Source of the DNA: Octopus vulgaris
Taxonomy: Eukaryota
Assembly (NCBI GenBank): GCA_951406725.2
Contig: OX597827.1
Coordinates: 30,566,001-30,630,000, forward strand
Length of the DNA stretch: 64,000 bases
Direction of reading: 5' to 3'
Numbering within the stretch: the first letter of the stretch is position 1; each line of letters begins with the position of its first letter. The position numbers were made by a program, and so were the translations under genes. Shown here in pieces: positions 11,804-25,078 of this stretch. The notes under the pieces are model-generated. The model did no database searches, was not told the origin of the DNA, and saw only the letters and a list, made by a program, of their open reading frames with translations.

Positions 11804-13941
11804 TTTTCAGCCACTTGAAAATGTTTGGAATTACACAACTTTAAGAAGCTCCTGAAATTAAAAATACACTCCTATATTCCACAAAATCAAAAATCCATAA
11901 TTTTAAATAAATAAATGAATATGAAGAAAAATGATGTTAAGCATTGATCCCTCACCTTCTTTCAACCACTGCCCAATTTCCAACCTTACCCATAAACAGG
12001 TGAAGTTTATCAACAGGAAGGGTATTCAGCTGTGGAATATCTGCCTCAACAAATTCTATCTAACCCATGCAAGCATGGAAAAGAGGATCTCAAAACGATG
12101 TTGATATTGTTTCCAAATATCTTCTACTATAGCCCTGGGCCAACCGAAGCTTTGTGAGTGGATTTGATAGATAGAAACTGAAAGAAGCCCACCAGTTCTA
12201 TATATGTGGCAGTGGGGTGTATCAAGTGTGAATGTGTTTGTGTCTTCTTATCTTGACACCACACAACAGTTGGAAATGAGTGCCACCATAACAGAAGCCA
12301 TGACCTTTGTCCATAGTCTTCTATGAAAACATATCTGGTCATAGGGAAATATTACCTAGCTTGGAAACAGGTATGGTATCTGGCTGTAGAAAAACTGCCT
12401 TAACCAATTTCTTCTGACCATACAGGTAAAAAGGCATGTTAAAACAATGATGGTGACGAGGAGGAGGAGGAGAAGGGTAATTGTGGTGGTGTTGGTGGCA
12501 TAGAAATATTATATCTGAATAGTTAATGTTGTTGTTTAGTCCCGACTCAGTCCTGTTTGGAGAAATACCTGATCACAGCTGTTTCAGTCACAGCTATTGT
12601 GTCTCTTTGAACATTGCTTAACTTGGACTACATAACTCAAAATGTCTCACACATTTTCAAGAGAGGTGGAGGGGAGAGGTATATGAGAGAGAGAAAGAGA
12701 GAGAGCTTGTTGCTATTTCTAGCAGGTTATTTAAAACCACATCAAGCTACCTTACTCACTCATATTAGTTAATATACAAGTGATGGTGGTATTGAATTCC
12801 ATAATCCAATGGGACTTATTTTTAAAGTTATATTTAAGGGTAGGATTTGAATTCTATTCTTTAAATGTCAACGGACACACTTCTCAATTTCTGCAGTGCT
12901 CACTCACCTGGTTTACTTCGAACTAGAGTTTATTTACTACTACATGAATTGCTCTTACCATGGACACAATACAACCCTGGTGATGGGTTACAAATTATGA
13001 ATCATTCTGTAAGTGGGGTCACGGTCAACTGACTGACATGGCCTGCTGTAACTACCCGTCTACTTCTTGATATTGTGCATTCACTAATGCAAGGGACATA
13101 ACTTTACTTGCCTAAGTGTTTAACTGAACAAAGACAAAAAAATGATTCTCCAGCACGGTCACAGTCAAATGACTGAAACAAGAGAGTAAGAGAGTACTCC
13201 TTCTATTCACAACAATGCTACTAATAATTTCTATAATGACTCAAGGAGAAGAATACTGAAGTTCATTAGATCAGCCATGGAAGAGTACATGTTTTATTGA
13301 TGTCTTGGGGACATTTGAACTCAGATAGTGCTGATAATAGCAATAACTGTTTCTGATACAGATGTAATGCCACAAATTTAGATGATAGATGTTAGTCAAT
13401 TAAATCAATGCTAGTAATTGGCAATACTTCATTTTATTGATCCAGGAAAGATGAAAGACAAAGTTGATGTTGTGGGATTTAAACACAGAATGCAAAGGAC
13501 TGTAACTAAATGCTGCAAGGTATATTGTCCAATATTGTAAAGATGCTTACAATTCCCAGTCCTTCTTCTTGATAATGATGATGATCAAGAACAAGCAACT
13601 AACCATACTCTGGGATATGCCATCACATACAGATGGATTGATGAAGACTAATTAGCCAGATATGATTAGTGTAGTCGATCTCAGCAGGATTTGAACTTAG
13701 ATGTAAAGGAGTTGAAATTAAATGCCAGAAAGCACTTTGTCTGACATTCAAACAACTCTGCTAGACTTTAGGATTTTGTGGAACAGGATTCTTTAATTAA
13801 ATTAAGAGAAAAAGTTGTTCATGTATTTCTCTAAATACATAGAACAAGCCAATCCATGTAAGGTGGTCATGGGGTGGGGGGGAGAATATAAAATTTCTTC
13901 AGAAATCTACTTGATAAAAACAACAAAAAAGTTTTGAAGAG

Positions 13942-14091
13942 GGCGCAGGAGTGGCTGTGTGGTTAGCAGCTTGCTTACCAACCACATGGTTCCGGGTTCA
14001 GCTCCACTGCATGGTACCTTGGGCAAGTGTCTTCTGCTATAGTTTTGGGCTAACCAAAGCCTTGAGTGGAAACTGAAAGAAGCCTGTCATA

Positions 14092-14144
<53 letters not shown>

Positions 14145-14306
14145 GTTTGTCCTCCCAACATCGCTTGACAACCGATGCTGGTGTGTTCACATCCCCGTAA
14201 CTTAGCGGTTCAGCAAAAGAGACCAATAGAATAAGTACTGAGGTCGATTTGCTTGACTAAAGGCGGTGCTCCAGCATGGCCACAGTCAAATGACTGAAAC
14301 AAGTAA
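13942..14306 (+). mobile_element. SINE family A, near full length
   Basis: A-box-like tggctgtgtgg, B-box-like ggttcagctcc, internal (TA)n/(TG)n, tail tgactgaaacaagtaaaa. Further copies at about 15262-15612, 25362-25728, 63890-64000 and a partial copy at 5640-5770. Confidence 0.85.
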
Positions 14307-14689
14307 AAAAAAGTGAAAATCAAACTTGTAGATCAAGCTTAATTAAACCTGATCAACAAGTTTAATTTAGACAAGTCAGGTCATCATAACTGAGGTGAAC
14401 AAAGATATTTTTAAATATTAATTTGTCTTTATTTCTTTATTTATTCTTTTTTTTTTGGATGTAAGTTTTAGTTACCTAGAGGAAGGACAATGTCTTGTGC
14501 AAGTGGCCCCACCTTAACTACTACAACATACTAGTGAGATCAATGTGATTGAAAGGGGATGCCTGGGAGGTGAGGTGTAGCAATTTGCTATAAGGAGTTG
14601 TAAGATCTGTGAGATATATAACCAAATATGATGCAAGAAAGAACATATGTCCATCTAAATAGACACGATGACATACAAAAAATAGCAGA

Positions 14690-15260
14690 GGAGCAGGTAT
14701 GGTTGCAACCACATGGTTTCAGGTTCAGTCCCTGAACAGAATCTTGAGCAAGCGTCTTCTACTATAGCCCTAGGTTGACCAATGCCTTGTCAGTAAATTT
14801 GGTCAATAGAAATAGTGTGGAAGCTGAAGGTGGTGAACTGGCAGAAACGTTAGAACGCTGGGCGAAATGCTTAGCGGTATTTTGTCTGCCGTTACGTTCT
14901 GAGTTCAACTTTGCCTTTCATCCTTTTGGGGCCAATAAATTAAGTACCAGTTACACACTGGGGTTAATGTAATTGACTTAATCTCTTTGTCTGTCCCCTC
15001 TGTGTTTAGCCCTTTGTGGGTAATAAAGAAATAAGAAATAGTGTGGAAGCTTATCACATATGTGTGTGTCTTTGCATGTGTTTGTCTCAACCCTACTGCT
15101 TGACAGTTGGTGTTGGTTTGTTTACATCCCTGTCAGCAAAAGAGATGGATAAGTACCTGACTTAAAAATAAATACTGGAGTTGAGTGTGTTGGACTAAAA
15201 CTTTACAAAACAGTGCACTAGAATGGTTGCAGTCCAATGAGTGAAATAAGTGAAAGCAAA
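14690..15260 (+). mobile_element. SINE family A copy interrupted by SINE family B (14826-15033)
   Basis: Perfect 18-bp duplication agaaatagtgtggaagct at 14808-14825 and 15034-15051. Confidence 0.8.
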
Positions 15261-16111
15261 GTGGTAAGTAGCTTGCTTACCAACAACATGGTTCCAGGTT
15301 CAGTCCCACGGCGTGGCATCTTGGACAAGTGTCTTCTACTATAGCCTTAAGCCAACCAAATCCTTGTGAGTGGATCTGGCAGACAGAAATTGAAAGAAGC
15401 CCGTTGTATATATATATGTGTATGTGTGTGTTTGTCCCCTCATCATTGCTTAACAACTAATGTTGGTGTGTTTACATCCCTGTAATTTAGCAGTTCGGCA
15501 AAAGAGACCAATAAAACAAGTACTAGGCTTACAAAGAATAAGTCCTGGGGTCAACTTGTTTGACTAAATAGGCAGTGCTGCAGCATGGCCACAGTCAGAT
15601 GACTGAAACAAATATAAGAACAAACAATTCATTTCTTAGGCACAAGGCCATGATTTTTACTTTTTCAATTTCATTTTGTGACAAGGGAAATAGTTGATTA
15701 TATTGACCCTGGTACTTAACTGGTCCCTATTCTATTAACCTTAAAAGGATGAAAGGCAAAGAGAGTAAAAATATTAATATTCAAAGTCGAAGTCAATTCC
15801 TTAAACCAAAGAGGTTATTCTTAAGTCTAGCATTGCCAAAGCCCAATCAATAGAGCCTACAAAGACCAGTGCTTTGCTCAAGGTACAGGGCATTAAATGG
15901 GAACTGAACTTGTGACCATGAACCAAGAACCTCAAACCTTATAAACATAGCCATGAGAAATTTTACTTGACAAGGTAACCACAACATATAGCACAGGTAG
16001 ATCACCGCAAACTTCACACAGCTGCCAGTAACATGTTGTGGCAGTTAATATGTTAAACATAAAAACAATTATGGTTTTGGTTGTGATGATGAATAGTTCA
16101 GTATTCATAAA

Positions 16112-16618
16112 GTAATACAGGTAGAAAGATATATTTTTCAACATGTAAGCACTGATGCTGCTGAGACCCCCTTCGGTCATGACTGACCATAGGATTGCAT
16201 CTAGAAAGTTACCCTCCTAGGCACAAGTCCGGGCAAAGTTGTTTATGGAAGACCAGCAGTCACCCATGTATACCGGCCTCCTCTCTCCACACCACCAGTG
16301 TTATCCAAGGGAAAGGAAAAGGGGCTGATACAGTTTGGCACCTGTGACATTGCAACTCATTTCTACAACTGAGTGAACTGGAGCAACATGAAATAAAGTG
16401 TCTTACTCAAGAACACAATACGCAGCCCAGTCCGCAATTTGAACTCACAACCTCACGATCGTAAGCTTGACGCTCTAACCACTGAGCCATGCGCCTTCAC
16501 TGATAGAACAGCATATATAGGATAAAATCCTTACCAGAGCTCTGTAAGGATTTTATCCTGTATATGCTGTTCTATCCGTACTTACGCGTTGAAAAATATA
16601 TCTTTCTACTTGTACTAC
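16112..16618. mobile_element. Palindromic (foldback) element of about 160 bp interrupted by a SINE
   Basis: After removing 16157-16504, ~75-bp arms gtaatacaggtagaaagatatatttttcaac...ggataaaatccttac and gtaaggattttatcc...tctttctacttgtactac are reverse complements. Confidence 0.8.
16157..16497 (-). mobile_element. SINE family C, full length, tRNA-derived head
   Basis: Minus strand starts ggcgcaTGGCTCAGTGGttagagcg...gaGTTCAAATtg (Pol III A/B boxes). Flanked by direct repeat cactgat at 16150-16156 and 16498-16504. Confidence 0.85.
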
Positions 16619-17979
16619 AATATATTTCAGTGCTTCAAAAGCAAAATTATGTTTGTTTACATATGGCGTAATTCATAAAGTAATTATGATAGAACAAATT
16701 CACCATGCAACACCCTGGGCCAATGTCTTGTAGTATAGCCCTGAGCTGATCAAAGCTTAGGGAGTGGATTAGGTAGACGCCCATCATATATATGTGTGTG
16801 TGTGTGTTTATTTATATCTGCTACTCGTTTATTCAAAGGTAATGGTGTTCGTGTTGCATTCTGTTGGCATTTCTCTTATTGATAAATCATTTGCTTTGTG
16901 CCTTCAAAGCCATGTAGAGGAATAAATCTCTTTTCTCTTACTTAAAAAATAGTAAAGGGTTGGCATCTGGATAGGCATCCAGCTGTAAAACAAAATCCCA
17001 ATTTTTTTTAACCCATGCTAGCATGGAAAAAAAAGGGGAATGTAAAACAATTAAGCAAAATTATAAAACTGCATCAACCCTCCAAGTTTTCATCTCTCCT
17101 CCGAGAAACCTTATCAGTTCAAGAATCTAATGAATTACCAGCATTAACAATTCAAAATAAAAAAAATATAACAACTTACCAAGATTATCATCTGATTTAC
17201 TTACACCATACAGCATTTGGTAAACTGTAGTCCAAATGAATGCAAGTATATTATAGTAAAGTGGACATATGAGACTCAAGACTTGTGTTAAAGCACAAAT
17301 AACAACTACTTTATTACATTTTCATCAACAATCTGTCACATAGATCTAGTAATAAAGTAATACAGTTGTTGTTTAACCCCAGGTTAGCAATGATCAAGCA
17401 GACCTATTTTCAAAATCCAGAGATTACATAACTAAATGCATATCTTTCTTTCTTTATACACACTATGGGGATTAATTGTATAAAGGCTCCCATTTGCTCT
17501 TAGTATTTCTTTTTTAATATGTACGATTTGTGTGTGTGAATAAAAAATTCTTGTTTAGGATAAAAAGGAGTAAAAACATCAAAGTCAGCTCAAAGCACCC
17601 TCTATTGAATACAGATGGATCTGTATTTCAAATTAATTTTGTTCTTATCAGCACCAAATATTTTACAGTTTGGAAGATGAAAACTGAAAGAATCCCATTG
17701 TGTGTGTATGTGTGTCTCATTTCTTGACATCATGTGATGGCTGTAAATTAGTGTTACCATCATACAAATGATACCCTTTTCTAATCTTCTATGACAACAT
17801 GCCTGGACAGGGGGAAAAAATCACGCGACTTGGAAATAAGTGAAGGATGACAACAGGAAGGGCATCTGACTACAGAAAATCTGCCTTAATGAATTCTATG
17901 CAACCTTTGCAAGCCTGGGTATCATGTATGTTAAAACAATGATAATGAAATACAGCTACGAAAATAGCTGCCAAGTGGC

Positions 17980-19922
17980 TCATCATCATCATCATCGTTT
18001 AACGTCCATTTTCCGCGCTAGCATGGGTTGGACGGTTCGACCGGGGTCTGGGAAACCAGGGGCTGCTCCAGGCTCCAGTCTGATCTGGCAGAGTTTCTAC
18101 GGCTGGATGCCCTTCCTAACGCCAACCACTCCGTGAGTGTAGTGGGTGCTTTTTACGTGCCACCTGCACAGGTGCCAGGGGGGGGTCCAGCATCAGCCAA
18201 GATTGGTTGGAGCTTTTAATGTGCCAGTGGCACGGAAGCCAGCCAGGCCGGCGCTGGCAACGTTCGGATGGTGCTTTTTATGTGCCACCGGCACAGAAGC
18301 CAGTCAGGGCGGCGCTGGCATCGGCCACGTTCAGATGGTGCTTTTTATGTGCCACCGGCACAGAAGCCAGTCGAGTCGGCGATGGCTACAGCCACGTTCG
18401 GATGGTGCTTTTTATGTGCCACCAGTACAGGCATCACAACTACTATTTCCATTGATATTTATTTTGACGTTCATGTTCGTGTTCATGTACTTGACTCAAC
18501 AGGTCTCCTCAAGCACAGCGGGACGTTCTGGGATCCAGGGTACTTTGAATGGGCAGGGGCTATGCGGAACTGATGCAGGAAGCAGCCCGGGTCTTTGCAG
18601 TCACAGCATATCTCCAGAGATCTCGGTCCTTCGCCATTGCCTCAGTGAGGCCCAACGCTCTGAGGTCGTGTTTGACTACCTCATCCCATGTCTTCCTGGG
18701 TCTACCTCTCCCCCTGATACCTTCAACTGTTTGGGAGTGGCACTTCTTCATACATCTCTCCTCATCCATCCGCAGTACATGACCATACCATCGCAAGCGT
18801 CGCTCTTGCACACCACATCTGATGCTTCTTATATCCAGCATTTCTCTCAGGGTGCTTACACTCTGTCGTGCATGCACACTGACATTACACATCCAGCAGA
18901 TCATGCTAGCTTCATTTCTTTCAAGTCTACGCATGTCCTCTGCAGTCACAGCCCATGTTTCACTACCGTGAAGCATGGCAGTTCGCACACATGCATCATA
19001 CAATCTACCTTTCACTCTGAGCGAGAGACCCTTTGTTGCCAGTAGGGGTAGGAGCTTTCTGAACTTTGCCCAGTCTATTCGTATTCTAGTGGTGATACTC
19101 TCTGTGCATCCACCTCCACTACTAACTTGGTCACCCAGGTCGCGGAAACTATCAACTACTTCTAGTTTCTCTCCCTGGAGTGTGATGGAATCTGTTTTCT
19201 GAGTGTCTGTGGTGTCTATTGTCCCTGTGCATCTGCCGCACATGAAAGCTATCTTATCAGTCAATTTCCCTTTAATGTTGCTGCACCTCTTATGCGTCCA
19301 TAGCTTACATTGAGTGCATCTTATGGAGTTTCTACCTACACCTTTCCTACAGATCGAGCAGGGCCACCTGCCCGAGGGGGTGTGTGTTGAGTTTGCCTTT
19401 CTGCTTACTATAACTTTGGTCTTTGCTACATTTACTCTAAGGCCCTTTGATTCTAACCCTTGCTTCCACACCCGAAATTTCTTTTCTAGTTCCGGTAGTA
19501 ATTCTGCTATGAGAGCCAGGCCATCAGCATAGAGGAGCTCCCAGGGGCATCCTGTTTTGAATTCCTCTGTTATTGCCTGGAGGACTATGATGAATAAAAG
19601 GGGACTGAGGGCTGAGCCTTGGTGCACACCTACTACTACCCGGAATTCTTCACAATATTCTTTGCCAATCCTAACCTTGCTGACAGCCTCTCTGTATAGA
19701 GCCTGTACAGCCCTTATTAGCCATTCGTCAATCTCCAGTTTCCGCATCGACCACCAGATAAGGGAACGGGGAACCCTGTCAAAGACTTTCTCCAAGTCCA
19801 CAAAAGCTATGTAGAGGGGTTTATCTTTAGCTAGGTACTTCTCCTGCAGTTGTCGGACCAGAAATATAGCATCAGTGGTGCTTCTACCTGGCACAAAACC
19901 GAACTGCATCTCATCTAAGCAA
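17980..19922 (-). mobile_element. 5'-truncated RTE-clade LINE in the UVSSA upstream/5'UTR-intron region; RT catalytic motif mutated (YADG)
   Basis: ORF 18560-19957: QFGFVPGRSTTDAIF, AFVDLEKVFDRVPR, GVHQGSALSPLLF, LYADG, MLHGSETW, RRLRWYGHV. 3'UTR with ~58-bp tandem units and (CAT)n tail on the plus strand. Confidence 0.95.
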
Positions 19923-22900
19923 ATTCTCACTATTAAAAGGCAAGTTAGATAAGTCATCTTGTAATGGTGATCCGTATCATATAATATGGAATATCAAAAC
20001 ATTTCAATCACTAACCATCATCATCATCATCTTCATTTAGCATCTGTTGTCCATGCTGGCATGGGTTGGACGGTTTGACCAGGGCTGGTAAGCTGGAAGG
20101 CTGCACTAGACTCCAGTCTGATTTGGCATGATTTTCTATGGATGGATACCCTTCCTAATGCCAACCACTCCAAGAGTGTAATGGGTGATTTTACATTATA
20201 TCTTCCACGACTGCAATTTTACTTGACTTGATGGGGCTTCTCAAACACAGCATAATGCCATGAGGCCCAACACTCAAAAGGAGCTTTTCATGTGCCACCA
20301 GCATCAGTCACTTTGCCTCTACGACGACCAACACTTGAAAGATACTTTTTACATGCCACCAGCATCAGCCACGACTATGATTTCACTTGGCTTGACAGGT
20401 CTCAGGCACAGATGTTCAAGACTTTTAACTCTACCAACAGGTTGGCAAAGCTAATCCATTACCAGATGGATGAAACCAATTAGTCTTAGATCATATCCTA
20501 ACCAAGAAAAATGAATGGTTCAGGAACTGACTGAAAAAGTGGTGCATATTGACAGTGGAGGGTATGAGTGTCAATGAAAAATTAAGAAGCAATGACAGAT
20601 GACAGAAGAATTAAGAAAAAGGAGATTGAGTTTTACTGAAACTGAACAAACCACATGATGATGATGATGATGATGATTTTTGTGTCATTTAGTCAGGAGG
20701 AGAGGGTAGTGCTCATGATCCTTTAAAGGATGAAAATGGTGGAAGGGAGGGAGGAAGATGCGCTCAAACTGAAGAACTTGTTGAAATGTTTGCAAACAGA
20801 GTGGACTCCCTAAAGGTACTCAAGGACTGTTATGAAAGGTTTGGGCCCTATGAATACAAAAAGATATTTTTAAGTAGATTAGTAACTTCCTTATGAAGGA
20901 GAATACAAAAATGTTTGTGTTGTGCTAAAGACAGATAATGTTGAACTGATATAAGGAGTGACATCACAGTTTTCATTCATGATATTCATAAATGTGATAA
21001 TTAAAATTATATTCAAACATTTCACAGAATACTCTTCAAGATATTCAGAAATCTTCTTTCAGAGAACACACATTCTTTGTAATCAATTACATAGAGGGGT
21101 TTGCCAACTTAAACACAACCAGTTAATTCAAATATAGAATTATTAAATATTAGGAGGGTATCACTATTTGGACACCCTTCTGCTGAACTGCATTTATGGG
21201 ATATACTGTTAAGTTTTAAAATTAAAAGTGGTTGGGGGAATTCAGTTTATGCTTTTGGGGAGCAGTTTCAGTTACTAACTTTTAAAATTGAAATTGATAA
21301 GACTGATGTATTTATCTGATCTTAGAATTAATTAAAATTTTATTTCAAGTCACAATTCAATTTGTTCTAACAAAAATGAAATTTGATTTTTGTAATATTT
21401 CCCAATATAATTTCAACTCAAGTTAAAAATTTCAGGCCATGACACCCTGCTATGTGTTGGTTTATGAAAGCTCTCTCTCTCTCTCACACACACATTGATC
21501 AAAATTCTCCAACAACAAACGAAGTAAATTAATTTCTGCAAGCCAATCTTAAATAGACACTACCTTGACAAGGGTAAAGAAATGCAACTATATGGATATG
21601 CTAAGAACGGTAAAATTTACCAAAAGGTTCATTAATTACAAACAAAAATAAATACATAACGGACACATCAAACTAGAATGAGATTTTGGCAGTATAGTGT
21701 TTGTTGAGAATTACTTAAATAATTTCATACAATATTTTCAAATAAATGTTAGAGTTTATAAAATAATAAATAGTTTGTTTTGTCATAAATATCAGTTGCT
21801 TTTAAGAATGATCCACTTTCATGCCACAACCAGAGTGAATCGGTAAATTATTTCATAGGCTTTGAAGAGACCAAAGGCACTTCCATATCTACCAGTTTTC
21901 TAACACCTGTCCGATCTTCAAAACAAGTTTTCCTCGAGTCCCACGAAACAAATTACTTTTCATGGAGCACGATCTTAGTTTACGAATATTATAAATAACT
22001 GGCTTTTGCCAATGTGGGCCTATTACCATTTCTTCGGAATCGTGAGGCCCCCAACACCGCACTGTTAAAAGTGTTTCCGTATCTTTTTTTTTTTTTTCAC
22101 CTGTCTCGTTTTAAATTAGTAGATTTTTATTGTTCACAGATTAATGGCGAGACGGAGAATTACATAATCACCAGGTTGTAAGGACTTGGCTAAAACTTAA
22201 GCTGTGCCTCTATAGCAACTCAAAATGACGGAGTTGACCCATCTCCAAGAGGCGTTTCGAGATAAAGAAACACAAATTATTTTTGTTTCCTAAGTGAAAT
22301 ATTCCGTGTAATGCAGAAGTACAGCTGGGCGAGCTAAACTCCTGAAAGTCAATTGTATATGTCACAGATAAACTCAGTCCTAAGCTCTCTGTAACCCAGA
22401 CAGTTCATCGATTCAATCACTTGTGAATATAATCCAATTAGTTAAGAATATTGCAAACACAGAATATTTCCAGCCACTGCGAAAAAAATCTCATTATTAC
22501 CCAATCTATTCAACATCAACAGAATAAAAAACAAAGAAAGAAAACATGTATGCGAATGGATAATTATTAAAATAAATTTTAATATTCCTGATAGATTAAA
22601 TTTTTCAACAAATGTTAATACAGTTAAGAAAAAAAAAGTTCTTCACGCAGAAATTAAATTTATGCCCAACCGAATGCGATTAATGTCTTTTATATAAATG
22701 AAAGAAGCTGTAGAAATTATATGGGTGAATACTTTTTTCTATTAAGTCTTTCTACTATAGGCACAAGGCCTGATTTGCTAGGAGAATATTAATTCTTGAA
22801 ATAAGCCAACCCGCAAGTGACATTTTCAAGAACGACAATTGAAATGTGCAATTCTTCATGAGCCTGATTAGGCCTCAACACAGAGTGGTGCAATGGGACA

Positions 22901-23358
22901 CGTCCTTCAAAGCGTCCACCCAAGAAATGTTCGTTTTGTTTCGTTTTGTTTCGTTGTTTTTTGTTTTTGTTTTTTAATCAACTGTTACTCAATAAGTTAA
23001 CCAAAAATCTATTCATGTCTTAGCATAGGTTAATCATGACCCAGCAAATCTATGATAAGACATTCACGCCGTGACCATCTAGTCTGTTTTTTTTTTTTGT
23101 TTTTGCTTATATATTTTAAGACTTATAAATAAAGGACAAAATTATGTGATTTGTCCTTCGTTTTTTAAAGACAGTTGGGTGAGACGTGGCTGCTATTTCA
23201 AGGATATTGAGCGACCATATATAAAGACTCCCTCCTTAACTCGACGCAGTTTCTCTTGTTATTGGCGAGAGATAGTTAATCATCCGCTGACTCCGTAAAT
23301 ATTATTGTAATTAAACATTACAAATTTAATGAGAAAAAAGTAAACAAAAGACAATTAC

Positions 23359-23653
23359 CGCAGAAAGCTGGATACTATTTAAAATAAAACATCAGAATAT
23401 TAATTGAAAATCATAGTTGTAAAAAAATATCATCCAAGAAAATATAAACATAAAAATGCTTCCAAATTCTTGAATTCCGCAGAACGGAAGTTGCAAAATG
23501 CTTCACGTTGGCCAGAAATGATATCGACTGTCGTAATAGACTGATTGATAATTATTTTCCATTTTTTAACGTTTTTTTTTCACTCTTCACATTTTGTTGA
23601 ATTCTAGGACCATAAAAATAAAATAAAGAATTTATACAAAGTGTTTAAAGCAG
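23359..23653. promoter_or_regulatory. Putative bidirectional promoter and first non-coding exons of UVSSA (-) and BORCS7 (+)
   Basis: Locally CpG-retaining. ETS-type CGGAAGT at 23485-23491. Minus-strand donor-like GCG|GTAATT at 23359/23358. Plus-strand donor-like CAG|GTATAC at 23653/23654 with a possible acceptor tgtAG at 23908-23909 before the BORCS7 ATG. Confidence 0.45.
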
Positions 23654-23941
23654 GTATACAATATATATCTTGGTTGGTAAATGTTGAGGAAAAGAACGAA
23701 ACTAAGTCTCTCTCTCTCTCTCATACACACAGTTTCTTTCTCTCATTATTTCTCTCTCTATCTATCTATCTATTTATCTATCTATTACTTATATAAAATG
23801 ACAAAAGGGCGCAACTAAAAGTTTTTATATATTCATATATATTTGAAAGTAGTTGTGAAAGAACGAAACTAAATCGAAACGTTGTTGCCATATATAATAT
23901 ATATTGTAGGAAGATTGCAGTGATGTCAGTGATAGCTCGCT

Positions 23942-24061
23942 ATGGCGTCTGCTAATTGGAATCAGGAAACAAAATCTCGGTTAAATGATAAAATTTCAGG
24001 AAACATGAATGACCTCGGTTCTCTTGCGAGACAGATCGTGCGTGGTTCTCATTCCAGTGAG
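23942..24061 (+). CDS. BORCS7: BLOC-1-related complex subunit 7, coding exon 1 (MASANWNQETKSRLNDKISGNMNDLGSLARQIVRGSHSSE)
   Basis: Resembles the BORCS7 N-half (..L.KQVLKGSRSSE, recalled). 120 nt followed by GTaaat donor. Confidence 0.9.
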
Positions 24062-24911
24062 GTAAATATCTCTGTAAAAAAAAAATACTCCTTTTGTTGT
24101 TGTTGTTACCGTATACCATTGTTTTACCAGAAATTCTTCAAAACTGCTAATAAACAGTCTACTGAATTTGCAACCTAATGTACAGTCGTATCGTTTAGAC
24201 CTGATCCAACAGAATGATAATCTATGGTGTTCCAACCATGACCATCCTTATCCTGTGTTTTTTTTTTTTTTCCTAAGATACAATACCTCAGAGAGAATGT
24301 TGTCATGATAGGATTTGATATGAAAGAAATTTCGCTTCTATTTCTAGCAGCTCGAAAGACCACGCAGAGGCTTTCACGTTGGCTCATTCATATTTTTATT
24401 TTATTTTGTTATTTATGAACGTTAAAAAATTATCTAACAAAGCATTTAAAAATAGTAATATTATACATTTAATTGCTAGTCCATTTACGTAAATATTTTC
24501 AGCTGTTGAATTAATTTATCATCTACGAAAAGTCTATTGAGAATTAATGCCTTCAGCAGCTTCCTTATATTTTACGAAATCTATTTGGTTGCCGAACAGA
24601 CAAAACGTGAAGACACAGATCTTTCATATTACTAACCGGTGATCATTAACCGGTTATAAATAATTGTAGATATGATTGCTTGTCGTTTAGTGTGTGTGTG
24701 CACAAGCTTACTATATCTGTTAGGTAGCATTTTATCTGATTGAGAAGATGGCTATGTAGATTTTATTAAATCTAGTGGACTTTGGTTGGTTGATTAGCAT
24801 CAGAATGATCATCTCGAGCAGATCTCTGACATACAGGTTGTCGGACAAACGATCGTGACCCGCATCTCTATTTTTCCAGAAATACACCATGCGCTCAAGA
24901 TACATGTATTA

Positions 24912-25078
24912 CAGTAATTCCTCGACTATCGCAGGTGTTACGCTCCAAAACCTCCCACAGAAAAAAAAAAAAAAAAAATGAATACCTATTGGCCGCAGAA
25001 ACCCGCGATATAAATTTATACATATTAGCCAGAAAAATCCGCGATGTACTGAGTGCGCGATATGGCAAGAGATTACTG
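24912..25078. mobile_element. Tigger/pogo-type MITE
   Basis: TA|CAGTAATTCCTCGACTATCGC ... GCGATATGGCAAGAGATTACTG|TA: imperfect TIRs with TA duplication. Confidence 0.75.

Noticed and set aside
16430-16497. tRNA-like sequence with A and B boxes (also at 38300-38370)
   Set aside because: Head of a SINE. It runs directly into the SINE body and I could not build a full cloverleaf.
17180-17331. Extra minus-strand UVSSA 5'UTR exon (donor-like G|GTAAGT at 17180)
   Set aside because: A strong donor alone is insufficient. The acceptor is weak and there is no coding or conservation evidence.
18140-18430. Regularly spaced repeats superficially like a CRISPR array
   Set aside because: Units are whole tandem repeats without unique spacers, lie in a LINE 3'UTR, and the context is eukaryotic with no cas genes.
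18146-19045. 299-aa plus-strand ORF, and other plus-strand ORFs at 18975-19814 and 45041-46385
   Set aside because: Antisense shadows of the RTE coding region and its GC-rich 3'UTR repeats. No independent protein signal.
20700-21185. Tc1 transposase C-terminal remnant (LVTSL*RRIQKC)
   Set aside because: Similarity too short and degraded, and no matching TIR pair identified.
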